From the NCBI GenBank assembly GCA_001275005.1, contig JWZX01003188.1, forward strand, positions 1 through 44,701: a stretch of 44,701 bases of DNA, in the 5' to 3' direction. Positions 21,391 through 32,616 of the stretch are shown here, one piece after another (positions within the stretch are counted from its first letter, which is position 1; each line of letters starts with the position of its first letter). The position numbers were made by a program, and so were the translations under genes. The notes under the pieces were generated by a model. The model was not told where the DNA came from, did not search any database, and worked only from the letters and a program-made list of their open reading frames with translations. Origin of the DNA: Chrysochromulina tobinii (Eukaryota).

Positions 21391-24300
21391 ATGGCGAAGG
21401 ACAAGCCAAACTACCCGAAAATGCTGGCGCAGAAATACTCGCTCGCCGACGAGATCGGGAAAGGCGCGAGTGGCATCGTTTACAAGGCGCTCAACATGCA
21501 AACCGGCGGCATGGTTGCAATCAAAAAGGTGGCGCTCCGCGGCGAGTCCAGGGATCAGCTACAGCTGCTGCAGCGCGAGATCGACCTTCTCAAGCTACTC
21601 AAGAACCCGTACATCGTTGAGTACCGCGAGTCGTTCAACACGGCCGACACGCTGTACATCGTCATGGAGTTTGTCGAGAACGGCTCGCTGCAGTCAATCG
21701 TGCGGAAGTTTGGCAAGCTGCGCGAGTCGCTCGTGTCCATCTACATCCTACAGGTGCTCGAGGGCCTCAACTTCCTGCACGATCAGGGCGTGATCCACCG
21801 CGACATCAAGGGCGCCAACATCCTCATCTCGACCGGTGGGCAGGTGAAGCTCGCCGACTTTGGCGTCGCGGCAAAGCATGAGGATGGCCTCGACACACAG
21901 GCCAATTCGGTGGTGGGCACTCCGTACTGGATGGCGCCCGAGATCATCCAGATGACGGGCTTCACCACCGCCGCCGACATCTGGTCGCTCGGCTGCACCA
22001 TCGTCGAGCTCATCGCTGGCGAGCCGCCGTATGCAGACCTGCCGCCGATGGCTGCGCTCTTCCGGATCGTCAACGAGCAGGTGCACACTACACTGAGTGC
22101 ACCCAGAGTGCCATGTTGAGTGCCACCTGAGTGCTCGCCTCTCCGAGTGCACCCAGAGTGCCATGTTGAGTGCCACCTGAGTGCTCGCCTCTCCGAGTGC
22201 ACCCAGAGTGCCATGTTGAGTGCCACCTGAGTGCTCGCCTCTCCGGGATCGTCTGTCGATCAGAGTCCGCCAATCCCACCCGGCATCTCGGAGCGCCTAC
22301 ACCAGTTCCTCATGCTCTGCTTCAAAAAGGATCCCAACCAGCGCCCGACCGCACGCAAGCTCAAGTCGCACGCATGGCTCAAACCCGAAGGGTACACGAG
22401 CACCTCGAGCGGCGCTTCGACCCTGGAGAGCAGTGGCGCGCCGATCAGCGGAAGCGAGGGCGCCAGCGCAGCCGGTGCGGTGCTGGCGGAGGCGGCGCGG
22501 GTGCCGGCGGCACCGGCACGATGGTGCTCAATGCGGGCCGCAGGCGGCATGCTCGCGGAGGTGACGAGCGGTCGCGGGTCGCTCCCTGACCATATCCTGC
22601 CCGCCCCCGCGACCATCAGTCAACTCGAGCAGCTGCGCCAGCTTGAGCATCAACGGCCGCAGGCGGCGCGCGGCGCGGCACCGAGCGGAACTGTCAACTG
22701 GTCCGGCCATCAACGGCCATCCCTCGGCAGCAGCCCAGCGGAGGAATTTCGATCCTCGACACTGCATGCGGGTGAGCGCGATGCGCTTGTGCGGCTGCGG
22801 CCGACCGAGCCGCCGCCGCCGCCGCCGCCGCCTCCGCCGCCTCCGCCGCTCACGCCGCGCCGTTCCCAAAATTCCGTGGGCGTCGGCCACGGCTTGGGCG
22901 GTGATGACGACACGATGTCGTACATGGATTCGATCATCTCCGGCATCTCGGTAGACCTCCCTGATTGCCTCGGATGGCCTCCTGAGTGCCTCCTGAGTGT
23001 CTCTGATTGCCTCTTCCTGAGTGTCTCTGATTGCCTCTTGAGTGCCTCCTGAGTTTCTGCCCAAGTGCCCTCTGATTGATGTCCCATGTTGGCCCCGTCC
23101 TTGAGTGCCTCCCTCATCAAGTGGACCCCATCCTTGATTGCCCCATCAGGTGGACCCCGACTCTACCATGTATGGGACGCTCCGAGATGGCACGCGCCGA
23201 GGGCTGAGCGACACGGAGAGGATCCTCTTGCGGGAAGGGAACCGCGAGGGCACGCGTCGTGGGCTGTCTGGACTAGGCAGCGGCGGTGCGGGAGGCGACT
23301 CTCAGTCCTCATGCTCCGGACCGTCCTCGTCTATACCAGACGCACTCTCCGAACTGCCAGAGGATGTGCGCGCGGCGGCCAACTACGCCAGGGAGCTGCT
23401 CACAGGCAGAGGCGGCTCCGTCGAGCTCATGGTGCGTCACGCGTACTCGCCCATCACGGCGCCCCTGCCAACGGTCGACGGCGCCGCGGGAAATTTGAGT
23501 GCCTCCAGTGCGCCCTCGGCAAGCTCATTGCCGCCGGGCTCTCTGCTGGAGCAGCTTCGGCTCCTGCAGGCCGGCGCCGGCGCCGGCGCGGCGCTCGGCA
23601 CGGCGCCCTACCCGGGCTCTCCCCTGGGCGGCAGCTCAGGCGCCATAGGCACCCTCACCCTTAGCGCGGCAGATCGGTTGCCTAATTTGGCTACCGGGGG
23701 CGAGCGCGCGGGCGGGCTGCGCAAGGTGCTGGCTGCGTATGCGGAGAGGCCGCTGGAGGCTGCGAGCTTTGACGCGCTCGTGGCGGGGATCAGCGTGCCT
23801 AGTTTGGCAAGTGCGCTCCAGTGGCGGCTACGGATGCCCTGGGGCGGCGCGCTCGATGCCATCGGCGGCGCGCTCGAGGAGGACGAGGCTGAGTACGTGG
23901 ACCCGTTCGAGGGCATCCCTTTTGATACGGAGAGAGTGGCCGCTGATGAGGCCGAGAGGAATCCAGCACACGAGAGGCTCGAAGAGGAGGCGTTACGTTT
24001 GCTCGTCGCCAAGCTGGTGGCGAACTTGTCGGGCAAACGGCAGCGTGGAAAGGCCGAGAACCTCTTCCTGACGTGCGAGGAGCTGCTGCGCCTCTTTGAC
24101 GAAATGCCGCCCGAGCTGCCGCCGCTGCCGTCGCTCCCGGACGTTCCGCTCGAGGACGACGCCGACAGTGCGTCCGCGGCCACCACTGTGCACATGGGTG
24201 CGCCCACCCCTGCCGCCGGCGTCCGTGTCCTCACGGAGCAAAATGGCGACGCCACGTCGTCCGCAGCGGCGCATGTCTCGAAGCCGCTCAACACGGCGCC

Positions 24301-26107
24301 CGACCCGAAGCCGGCGCCGGCGCAGGCGGAGATGGAAGTGCCCGAGGCGGCGCCCGTGGAGACGGCAGCCGAACTTGTCATGGAGCGCAGGGAGACACTC
24401 GCGAGGTCGAGCGAGGCTCGAGAGGCACACGAGGCGCGGCGGCGCATCGCCGCCGCCGAGTGGCATAGGCATATCCTCGCAGAGCGCGCGCAGCTCTTTG
24501 TGAGTGAGCACGGTCTGCTGCCGCTGGTGCACGAGCTGAGCGAGGCGAGCGAGTCCACCGCCGCGTTGCTCGGGCTGCTTCGGCTGCTCAACGCGGTGCT
24601 ACGGCACGGCGGCCCGGCCGTCTGCGAGCAGGCATGCCTGATTGGTGTGGTGCCCGCCGCGCTCTCCTTCTTCGACCTGTTACAGCCGCAGTCGCTCCGT
24701 CTCCAAGCGGCGATCCTCTCCCACACGCTGTGCACGGGCTCGGCGCTGCCCCTCCAGATGTTCATCGCGTGCAACGGGCCACCCGCGCTGGTCGCGCTGC
24801 TCGTCAACCCGAGCTCCGCGCGCGAGATCGTCATCCGCGCCATCGACGCCATCAAGGCAGTGCTCGACCTTCGCAGCAGCCGCACGCCGCGGAACGACCT
24901 GTGCCGCACCTTTGTCGAGCACGAGATCCTCGAGCTCCTTCTGCCAGCCATTATCGACATCAACGCCGAGTATCCACGCCACGCTGACCGGGGCGCCGAG
25001 GTGGTGCTGCAGCTCTCATCGGCCGACACGGCGGTCAAGACGCGCATGGCGACGCGCAAGGTGCTCCCTGGCCTGATGCAGCTGCTCGCGGCACCGGACG
25101 AGTTTGCGCCCGAGCTGCAGGTCAAGATCCTGCGCACCATCAAGCACCTATGCATGGGCGAAGCTAGCTACATGGACGAGCTGCAGCGTGCCAAGGCCAT
25201 CCCACACCTCATCGGGCTGCTCCGGCTGCAACGGGGCGGCCCCCACTTTGCCGAGATGCGCAACCAGTGCGTCAACACGCTCTACCTTCTCTGCCGGATC
25301 AACCGCTCGCGCCAGGAGGCGGCGGCCATCGACGGCGCACTGCCCATGCTGCAGGAGATTATTGAGCAAGCCTCGCCTCTGAAGCAGTTCGCGCTACCGA
25401 TCATGTGCGATATTGCCAAGGCATCGAAGCGTGCGCGGGCGGAGCTCAAGCAGTACAATGGCGTCCAGTTCTATCTCGGGCTGCTCTCCGTCTCCTATTG
25501 GCAGGTGCGAAACGACGTCTCATGAACTCTTTTCACCTCTGACCCCCTCTGATCGCCCATGATCGCCTGTGATCACCTCGGATCGCCTTGGATCACATTT
25601 GATCGCCTCATGGTCCGCCGGCAGGACCCCGCGCTCGACGCGCTGCTCGTGTGGCTCAACGATGAGCCTGCGCACGTGGAACGACTCATGAAGACCCCAC
25701 AGGGCATCGCGCAGCTCTGCGTGGTCATGGAAGTGAAGCACATGGGGACGTTCTCGAACATGCTCAACGCGCTCTCGCAGATCGTGTACAAGTCGACGGT
25801 GATCAACCGCGCGCTCGGAAAGGTCGACCCGAGCCTGAGCGCGTCCCCGTTTGTGACCGCGCTCATCCGGCGCCTCTCGAGCAATGGACTTGAGAGGCGT
25901 TCACACCCGCTCGATGCGCTCGTCCGTCGGTTGCTCCTCACGATCCTCACGGAGATCTACCGGAAGCACCAGGAACCGAAGCAGCTCGTCAAGCTGCACC
26001 ACCTGTCGGCGCTCCTCAAGGGCATCATCGATCAGGACAAGGCCGTCCTCGTGAGACAGGTCGCGAGCGAGCTCTTCGAGTCCTTCAAGCTGCACGACAT
26101 CCTGTAG
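21391..26107 (+). CDS. Cdc15/Cdc7(S. pombe)/SepA/MAP3K-epsilon-like STE kinase with C-terminal armadillo-like repeats; exons 21391-22080, 22264-22950, 23150-25504, 25625-26107
   Basis: IGKGASG, VAIKKV, HRDIKGANIL, DFG, VVGTPYWMAPE; C-terminal LYLLCRINRSRQEAAA and SPLKQFALP.MCD.A motifs typical of this family. Three phase-0 GT-AG introns join the four ORFs. Confidence 0.9.
22095..22244 (+). repeat. Three perfect 50-bp tandem copies inside kinase intron 1
   Basis: Unit gagtgcacccagagtgccatgttgagtgccacctgagtgctcgcctctcc starts at 22095, 22145 and 22195, and is itself built of GAGTGC sub-repeats. Confidence 0.95.
22960..23145 (+). repeat. Degenerate 10-11-bp tandem repeat (CTGAKTGYCT) in kinase intron 2
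   Basis: ctgattgcct/ctgagtgcct/ctgagtgtct units fill intron 22951-23149. Confidence 0.85.
25538..25612 (+). repeat. Degenerate 10-bp tandem repeat (TGATCRCCY) in kinase intron 3
   Basis: tgatcgccca/tgatcgcctg/tgatcacctc/ggatcgcctt/ggatcacatt/tgatcgcctc. Confidence 0.85.
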
Positions 26108-26715
26108 CGATACAATCCCTCCCCAACCACTTTATGTGAGTGGGAAGTACCTGCATACGTGCGGACTACGGCGGCTGGGCGGCGTACCCGAGCCCGTACC
26201 GAGACGAGTAACGGACGAGCGTTCCGGGCGCCGGAGCAGGTCTGTGTGGGTTTGACGGCACGTGCGGTCCGTTGACCACCGGAGAATCGGACGCGTTCGG
26301 TTCCGATCGGACCGTGATTTAGAGACGGACCGAGCGTCAGCGTGAGCCTCGACTGTTGGCGGTGTACACACAATGATAGGACACAAGCTGCCTCCGCTCG
26401 TCACCTCGGACCCGTCTCCGAGCTCCGGCCGCACCTCTCGCACACGTGATACATAGATTGAGGCCGAAATGAGTTCTGACGATGAGGCCTCCATTCAATG
26501 AAATTCACGCACACACATGACCGCAGTCCGGCTCCGGGCTCAACATCGAGGCTCAACATGTATTCCGCAATTTATCCGCAATTCCGCTCGTGTCGCGCCG
26601 GCGCGGCGTGCCGGCCGCGTAACGTAAGCGGCGCTTATAACGTAAAACCGGCATAATCGAGTAAGAGGCGCTGAGGCGGACGGGACGCGGCTCAGTCAGT
26701 GGTCTACTACATGAG

Positions 26716-27419
26716 TCATGACGCATCTACAGCGTGAAGCGGGCGCTTCACACCGTCGATCTGGCTCGCCGGCAACCACCACGCAGAGCTGATCACTGCG
26801 TGCCCATGCTTCGTCGTTTGCACCGCTGGCTCACGGAGCTCCTCGGCCAGAGATTCATAACAGCGCTGCTGCTCGCGCTCGATCTCGAGCGTGACGTTGT
26901 AGAGAATCACATCGGACCAGTGCTTCTTGAGGATTTCCTCGCGCGCCGAGGGGCTCAGGTCGTCCTTGCTCGCGACGACCTTTGGCCTCTGCCATGCCGG
27001 GTGGGGCTCCAGGTGCAGTTGCGTGAGCGAAGCCGGGGCTTCTCGCTCCCTGCCCTTGCCGTCGTCGGCGCCGCCCCCTTGCCCTTGTCGCTATTCTCGA
27101 GGGAGCTCCGCATCTGCTCCATAAAGGGGACGAGTGCCGTCGCGTCCACGGATGTCGTCGTGTTGTGCGACGGCGGGTTGATGTTGAGGTACTCGGCGAT
27201 TGCGGCGCGCGCCTTATCGAAAAGTGCATGAACGCGCATGCGCGCCTCCTCATTTGCGGTTACATTTGCGGCCGTATGGGGTGGCTTCTGAGACGGCTTC
27301 TGCATGGCGGGGGCTGGGGCAGGCGTGACTCGAGGCTCGTGTCCTAGTCGAGACGTGAGCTGGGAAGGCGAGGCTGCGGCTTCAGCTGAGCTCGTGCCCT
27401 GGAGCCGCGCAGGGGGGTG
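26716..27419 (-). pseudogene. 5'-truncated, frameshifted gene fragment abutting the hAT element
   Basis: The frame is open from the element boundary through MQKPSQ...EKPRL, shifts near 27025, and continues LEPHPAWQRPKVV...EEILKKHWSDVILYNVTLEI... to the stop at 26716. The tail is only weakly reminiscent of sulfotransferase C-termini. Confidence 0.4.
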
Positions 27420-28569
27420 GGTTTAACATTAAGACACTTTTTTGCGTTAAGTATCAAGTGTTGAGACACTAAAACAGGTGTTAAGACACCAAGTGTTGAG
27501 ACAGGAAAACAGGTGTTAAGACAGGTGTTGAGACAAGTGTTGAGACAGGGTTCGAGAGCCAAACGATAACGGACGGTCGTCAAGTGCGGATATTCTTTGA
27601 ATCTATATCCTTCTATATCCCATCAACAATCTCGGACCATTTTTCCGTTTCGCTTTATCGTTGGCGTCATTGTTGGCGCAAAGTTCAGGAGAAAGCGAAG
27701 CATGGTTTCTTCGCGGCCGGTCTCTCTCTGACGTCGGCATCATCGCAGCTCATGTCGAAGCTCGTGTGGCAGTATGAGGGTGCAAATCAGGAGAAGCACG
27801 GCGAGCAGTGTGTGCTCGTCGGTGACAAGGTCCATCAAACAAGACGACCATGGAGATCTCTAAGGCGCAGCTCGTGGCCTTCCTGACCGACGAGGACGCC
27901 TCTGGGCTGGTCGACGAGTACACGTGGCAGCTGCGCCTCGTAGTCATTTCGCTGCTCATCCCCGCTGACACATCGGAGTGCGAGCGCATCTTCTCGCTCA
28001 TGAACGACCTCAAGACTGCCGAGCGGAACTCGATGGGCCAGCAGAACCTCAAGAACCTGATGCTGTGGCACATAATGGGCTACAATACGGACGCGGAGGG
28101 CAAAAAGGTCAAGATGCCGTGCTGTGACGTGCCGGTGATGGCCATTCTCATGGAGTTCCGCTCGATGGCATTTGAGAATGGAGGCACGCTCGGCCGCAAG
28201 GCCCACCGGGCGGCGGCGGTGCCAAAGTACGAGTATGAGAAGCACCGTGCACCTGTGAAGGCGGCCTCCTCTGCCGCAGACGAATGAGGAATCGGGTGCT
28301 GGCAGAGGAGCGTGACTTGGAGAGAGCGGGCGGGCATGACATGGTTCATGGAGGACGGGCGCGTTGCGACCGGCGAGTGGCAAATCAGAGTCGCTGAGCA
28401 TGTATCTAAATTGATGTATCGGACGCGTGTTTTAGAGGTGTTGAGACGGGCTGTAGAGGTGTTGAGACAAGCTGTCTCAACAGCTCCTGAAACAGGTGTT
28501 GAGACAGGCTAACACTTCCTGAGCTTAAGTGTTAATTCAAACGTCTCAACAGTGTCTCAACGTTAAACC
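27420..28569 (+). mobile_element. Non-autonomous, internally deleted hAT-superfamily DNA transposon
   Basis: Terminal inverted repeat GGTTTAACRTTRAGACACT (19 bp, 2 mismatches), arrays of the subterminal motif GTGTTRAGACA at both ends, and an internal hAT dimerisation-domain remnant. No TSD found. Confidence 0.85.
27752..28287 (+). pseudogene. hAT transposase remnant (short N-terminal piece joined out of frame to the C-terminal dimerisation domain)
   Basis: LLIPADTSECERIFSLMNDLKTAERNSMGQQNLKNLM matches the hAT C-terminal dimerisation motif. The catalytic core is absent. Confidence 0.8.
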
Positions 28570-28853
28570 ATGAGCTCTGATTCGGGCTATTAGCGATAGC
28601 GTACTTGACTTTACTAATTGACCTAGACTATTAAAGGCCTCTATTGCGTATTGGTAGTATTATGAAAGTATTATGCTGCGTTGGCTCGTGCGCGCGACGC
28701 GCGCGGCGGCAAACTGATATTATTTTGCCCCTAAATACTCTAGAGTTTGTGCGCCGCGGCACACGCCGCTCACGCCGGCCCAGTGCCTAGGCGCTGGTGT
28801 GCACTGTAGATCACACATTGCTATCATTCGTCGTCTCCCGGAGGTCATCGGCG

Positions 28854-30140
28854 TCAAAATGCGATCAGGTCGAGCTGCTTTTGCATCGACATCGACAGCC
28901 CCAGCTGCGCCCAGTGCGGCGGCGCGATGCTGGCGACAAAGCCGCGAGGCAGCGGCGTGGTCAACTGCGCCGACGCGGGCCGTGGCGCACCTGCGCGACT
29001 GCCCGTTCCCAGAGCCGTTGTTGGCTGTGCCGCACTCTGTGGCCGAGCCGGCTTTGTCGCGGGCTCTGCGTGCCAGCGTGGGGGCTGGGCGGCCACTCTC
29101 GGCTGCGGCGCGTAGTAGCCACCATAGAGCATATGCGGCGGCGGCGGCATGGTCGGCGGCGCGCAGCTCGGCGGCCAGGCCATCGAGAGCCGAGCGTTGC
29201 GCTTCGCCGCCGGGAAAGCCGACGGCGGCGCGGCGGGCGCGGAGCGATGACTGGGCACCGGCGCCGTCGCTGGCCGCTTCGGAGGAGATATGACTGCAGA
29301 GGGTTCCATGCGACGCGGGGTTCGATGGTAGTGCAGCGGTGGCGCGCGCAGGGTCGGCGCTCGACTCGGCGCTCGACGGCCTTGCAGCGGCTCTGGCAGT
29401 GGCGGCTCGGCTGGAGGCGCTCGGGGCGAGGCAGACGCGGCGGCGGGCACGGCGGCGGGCACGGCGGAAGGCACGGCGGCAGTCGCTGGTGCGATGGGGT
29501 CGCTGTGGCTACGCTTCGCTCGGCGCGCACGCTCGCCCAGGCCGCCACGCCGGAGCAGCACGTCGAGAAGGCGCAGCTCGACGCGGTGCGGTGACGGCGC
29601 GATGCATCCAAAGAGGCGTGAGACCTCGCCTGAGTCGAAGACGAGGTTGAGCAGCTGCAGGCCGGCGAGGAACTCTCGCGGCCCGATCTGCTCGGATCCC
29701 CAGCAGCGGAAGAGCGGCTCGATATGCTCCCACTGGACCGTCAGCGCGCGGCACGTGAGCACCAGCTCGGCATCCCCTAGCGCACTGCGCAGCGCTGCCA
29801 AGTCTTGCCGCTCCTGCTCAAGCCGCGCTGCCTCGATGGCAGCCTCGATGGCAGCATCCGCCTGTTGTGCCTCGCTCACCAGGCCCGCCTCGAGTTTGAG
29901 CCGACGTGCGACTCTCTCGGCCTCGATACGGAGTCGCTCGGCCTCACGGCGCTCTTTTTCTGCTTTCTCTGCCGCTGCCGCCTCCCGATCGGCCTTCTGC
30001 GCGAGCAGTACGAGCCTCTTCTCGATCTTTATGCGCGCAACTTCTTCATCATCCAGCTTGGCCTCCAACACTAGGCGCTCCTCGATGACTAGCCGTGCTG
30101 CCTCCTGCTTCGGGTCGACCTTCGCCTTCTTGGGCGCCAT
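28854..30140 (-). CDS. Hypothetical protein: coiled coil, degenerate EF-hand pair, Pro/Ala-rich tail
   Basis: Long ORF beginning MAPKKAK; E/K/R/A-rich helix; LFRCW...IGPREFLAGL...EVSRLF; RPxSA/RPATA motifs. Confidence 0.65.
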   Translation of the reverse strand: MAPKKAKVDPKQEAARLVIEERLVLEAKLDDEEVARIKIEKRLVLLAQKADREAAAAEKAEKERREAERLRIEAERVARRLKLEAGLVSEAQQADAAIEAAIEAARLEQERQDLAALRSALGDAELVLTCRALTVQWEHIEPLFRCWGSEQIGPREFLAGLQLLNLVFDSGEVSRLFGCIAPSPHRVELRLLDVLLRRGGLGERARRAKRSHSDPIAPATAAVPSAVPAAVPAAASASPRAPPAEPPLPEPLQGRRAPSRAPTLRAPPLHYHRTPRRMEPSAVISPPKRPATAPVPSHRSAPAAPPSAFPAAKRNARLSMAWPPSCAPPTMPPPPHMLYGGYYAPQPRVAAQPPRWHAEPATKPARPQSAAQPTTALGTGSRAGAPRPASAQLTTPLPRGFVASIAPPHWAQLGLSMSMQKQLDLIAF

Positions 30141-30925
30141 GCTGGCCCCAACTAAGCGCTCAAGCCCTGGGCTACCAGAGCCCAACTGCTCTGCATCTGC
30201 ATTGACCTTTTAGGGTAAGTCTCGGAACTTCGCCAGGACGGCGCTCCGAAGACTCTCCAAAGAAGGCGTGCGAGCGAGAGCCCGACACGATCCATCTCCT
30301 CTCGCAACAACAACTCCTGGGCGAAGTTTGTGACTCACGCTGACGTGGCTTCGACGCCCGCAAAGTGCCCCGAGAGGGCTTGCAACTCGAGGAGTGCACA
30401 CGGAAGATGCGGAGCATACTCCTTACCCTCGTCGACGCAGCGGCGTGGATCCTGCTGCCGATCGCGCTGGCGCTGCTCGTGGGCACCACCGCCGGACGGC
30501 CAGGCCGACCTGAAAAGGATGATATGATGCCGCATGGCGAGATGATGAAGTGGATGCAGTGAGGTTGTTTGGCGAGCGTCGAGCTGTGGGACGCCCTTGT
30601 TGACGGTGATGCTCATGAGGTAGCACGGAGGCACTTTGGCGCTGGGCGACACGGTATTGGGTGAGTGCCAAGGCATTTAGCGTAAATAGACGTAACGGAA
30701 ACGGTGTGCCACACCTCGCGCCTCGACCGGTCCGCTCTTGATAGCGTGTTCGTTCCTTTGAGAATCCTCCGCTCCTCTCAATTGTCACACCTGCCATCCT
30801 CTACATCCTCGGGCTCACTAATGCCCGTACCTCGAGGGACTACTACGCGACGCTAAACGCAATATATATAAGAGGTGCAGGTGGGGCGGTTGGCCGGGGG
30901 CGCGCGCCTGCACTCAGTCAGAGAG

Positions 30926-32167
30926 TCAGTCAGTCTGTAAGTCAGCACTCGAAACGCGAGAGAGCAACGAGGCAGCGTGGGCATTGGCAGGCGCGAGCTC
31001 CAAAGCAGTCGCCAGCGCGCGTCGTATGAATTGCGCACCCATGCTCAGATCCTGATGTAGCGCCCCGGTGTCGCCTAGCTCCAGCTCGAGCAGCGCTTGG
31101 GCAAGGCCGACCTGGGCACTCTCCGTGTACCCATTCGCCCCAAGTAGGATCGCCTCCTCGAAGCCGCGCGCCGCTGCCGCGAGCAAATCGGCTCGGTAGG
31201 CCGAGCATGCATCCCGTGGGATCCGCAACGCCGACGCGAGGAAGCGTGCGGCCCGTTGCGTGCTGTAGTGCCAGTGCGGCAGGAAGGTGGCTGAAAAGAT
31301 CCACATGACGAGGATGTAACGCACGCCACGTGTGATGGGCGCGCCGCCATGCCGAAGCGTCGCAGGGTGGAGGATCAGGTGCCCCGTCTCACGCCTGAGG
31401 ACACCGGCGTCGTGCCCGGCGGCCTCGCTACCGCACAATGCCTCGAGGTACGTCCCACCTCCCGCGTAGGCTTCGAGTCCATTCAGTGGAATGATGGCCG
31501 TTACGAGAGGGCCGTCACGGTGCACGCCGAGGCACGTCTGCCCCGCCGACGCGTTGTATTTGACCACGCTCGCGGCCGAGCAGCGCAGGGACCGTGCCGA
31601 GAGCGCAGTACAACGAGGGAAGGCCGCGAGGACGGCAGGATAGATGGTGCACTTGAGCTGCTCGTCGAGCCATCGAGCGCTGCAAGGCATCTCACCGACG
31701 GGCCGAAAGACGGAGGCATTCTGCGCATAGCTGGCGAGCGGCTGTGCCCCACGCCACGCACGATTAGTCTCTGCCTCCCGTATGATGGCTTCGCAGTCCG
31801 CTGCCGTGAAGAGTGGCTCACAAGAGACATGGGCAAGGTCGCCTTGACCAAAGGGATGAGGCGCAGCACAGTCAACAGCGGGCGCAGGGGTGCTGCCAAA
31901 ACGAAACGACTCCCACGCTGGCGGTGTAGCAGCCCACTCAGAAGAAGAGTCACCATCGAAGTAGAAGAACGCCTTTTCGCTGCGGGAGCACTCCTCTCGA
32001 TGGAAAGCCTCATTCTCACTTCGCGCCTCATCTAGCGAGCGACGAACGCAGGCCTGCGGAGGCGCGCCACCGCGTACTCGTTTAATGCACGAGGCAGGGC
32101 GAGACGGTGCGTATAATGCACGAGACAGGGCGAGGGCATGGGCCGAGACGAGGAGGAGCACGAGCAT
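30926..32167 (-). CDS. 2OG-Fe(II) oxygenase (prolyl/lysyl hydroxylase-like) with signal peptide
   Basis: VVKY...LGVHRDG (HxD), IPLN...YAGGGT, LRHGGAPITRGVRYILV (distal His and Arg); hydrophobic N-terminus. Confidence 0.85.
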   Translation of the reverse strand: MLVLLLVSAHALALSRALYAPSRPASCIKRVRGGAPPQACVRRSLDEARSENEAFHREECSRSEKAFFYFDGDSSSEWAATPPAWESFRFGSTPAPAVDCAAPHPFGQGDLAHVSCEPLFTAADCEAIIREAETNRAWRGAQPLASYAQNASVFRPVGEMPCSARWLDEQLKCTIYPAVLAAFPRCTALSARSLRCSAASVVKYNASAGQTCLGVHRDGPLVTAIIPLNGLEAYAGGGTYLEALCGSEAAGHDAGVLRRETGHLILHPATLRHGGAPITRGVRYILVMWIFSATFLPHWHYSTQRAARFLASALRIPRDACSAYRADLLAAAARGFEEAILLGANGYTESAQVGLAQALLELELGDTGALHQDLSMGAQFIRRALATALELAPANAHAASLLSRVSSADLQTD

Positions 32168-32616
32168 TCAGTGTTAACGAGCATTCACAAGCACAACGCT
32201 CAAAGAAAACTCCCCTTCACGTTCACACTCTAGGGGAAACCAAAATGGCCGCCCGCGGTTCCTGATCGACAAAGGGCTGCGAGCGGTGCGGTCAAGGCGG
32301 CACCATCACAAAAATACGAGGCCGACCGAGCCCCTTGAAACGACTCCAAAACAGGGGTCGCGGTCGGTTGCTTCGGTGTTCTTCGCGCTCTTCGGTTCGT
32401 CACCGTCGATTTCAGAGAGAGACGAAAAACGATGTTGTGTGTATCGGCCAAAGGGGCCCGGTCCCCATTCAGGTCATTTTTTCCAGCTGGGAAACCTGAC
32501 CTCTAAGAACCGACCCGTGTGTTCAACTCCATCGCTCTCGGTCGTCTCAGGAGTCAGAGAAGCGGAGCACAAACCTCTCAAGTCGACTCGCTCTACAATG
32601 ATCACGGTCTCAAACA

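Noticed and set aside
22095..22244. Regular repeats as a CRISPR array
   Set aside because: These are head-to-tail identical 50-mers with no unique spacers, inside a spliceosomal intron, and no cas genes are present.
26460..26492. GAGGCC-GAAA...CTGACGA-TGAGGCCTC as a hammerhead ribozyme
   Set aside because: Only about 6 nt separate GAAA and CTGACGA, leaving no room for stems I and III.
27420..27550. GTGTTGAGACA repeats as CRISPR repeats or iterons
   Set aside because: Spacing is irregular and short, and the motif is mirrored at the other end of a hAT remnant, so these are subterminal repeats.
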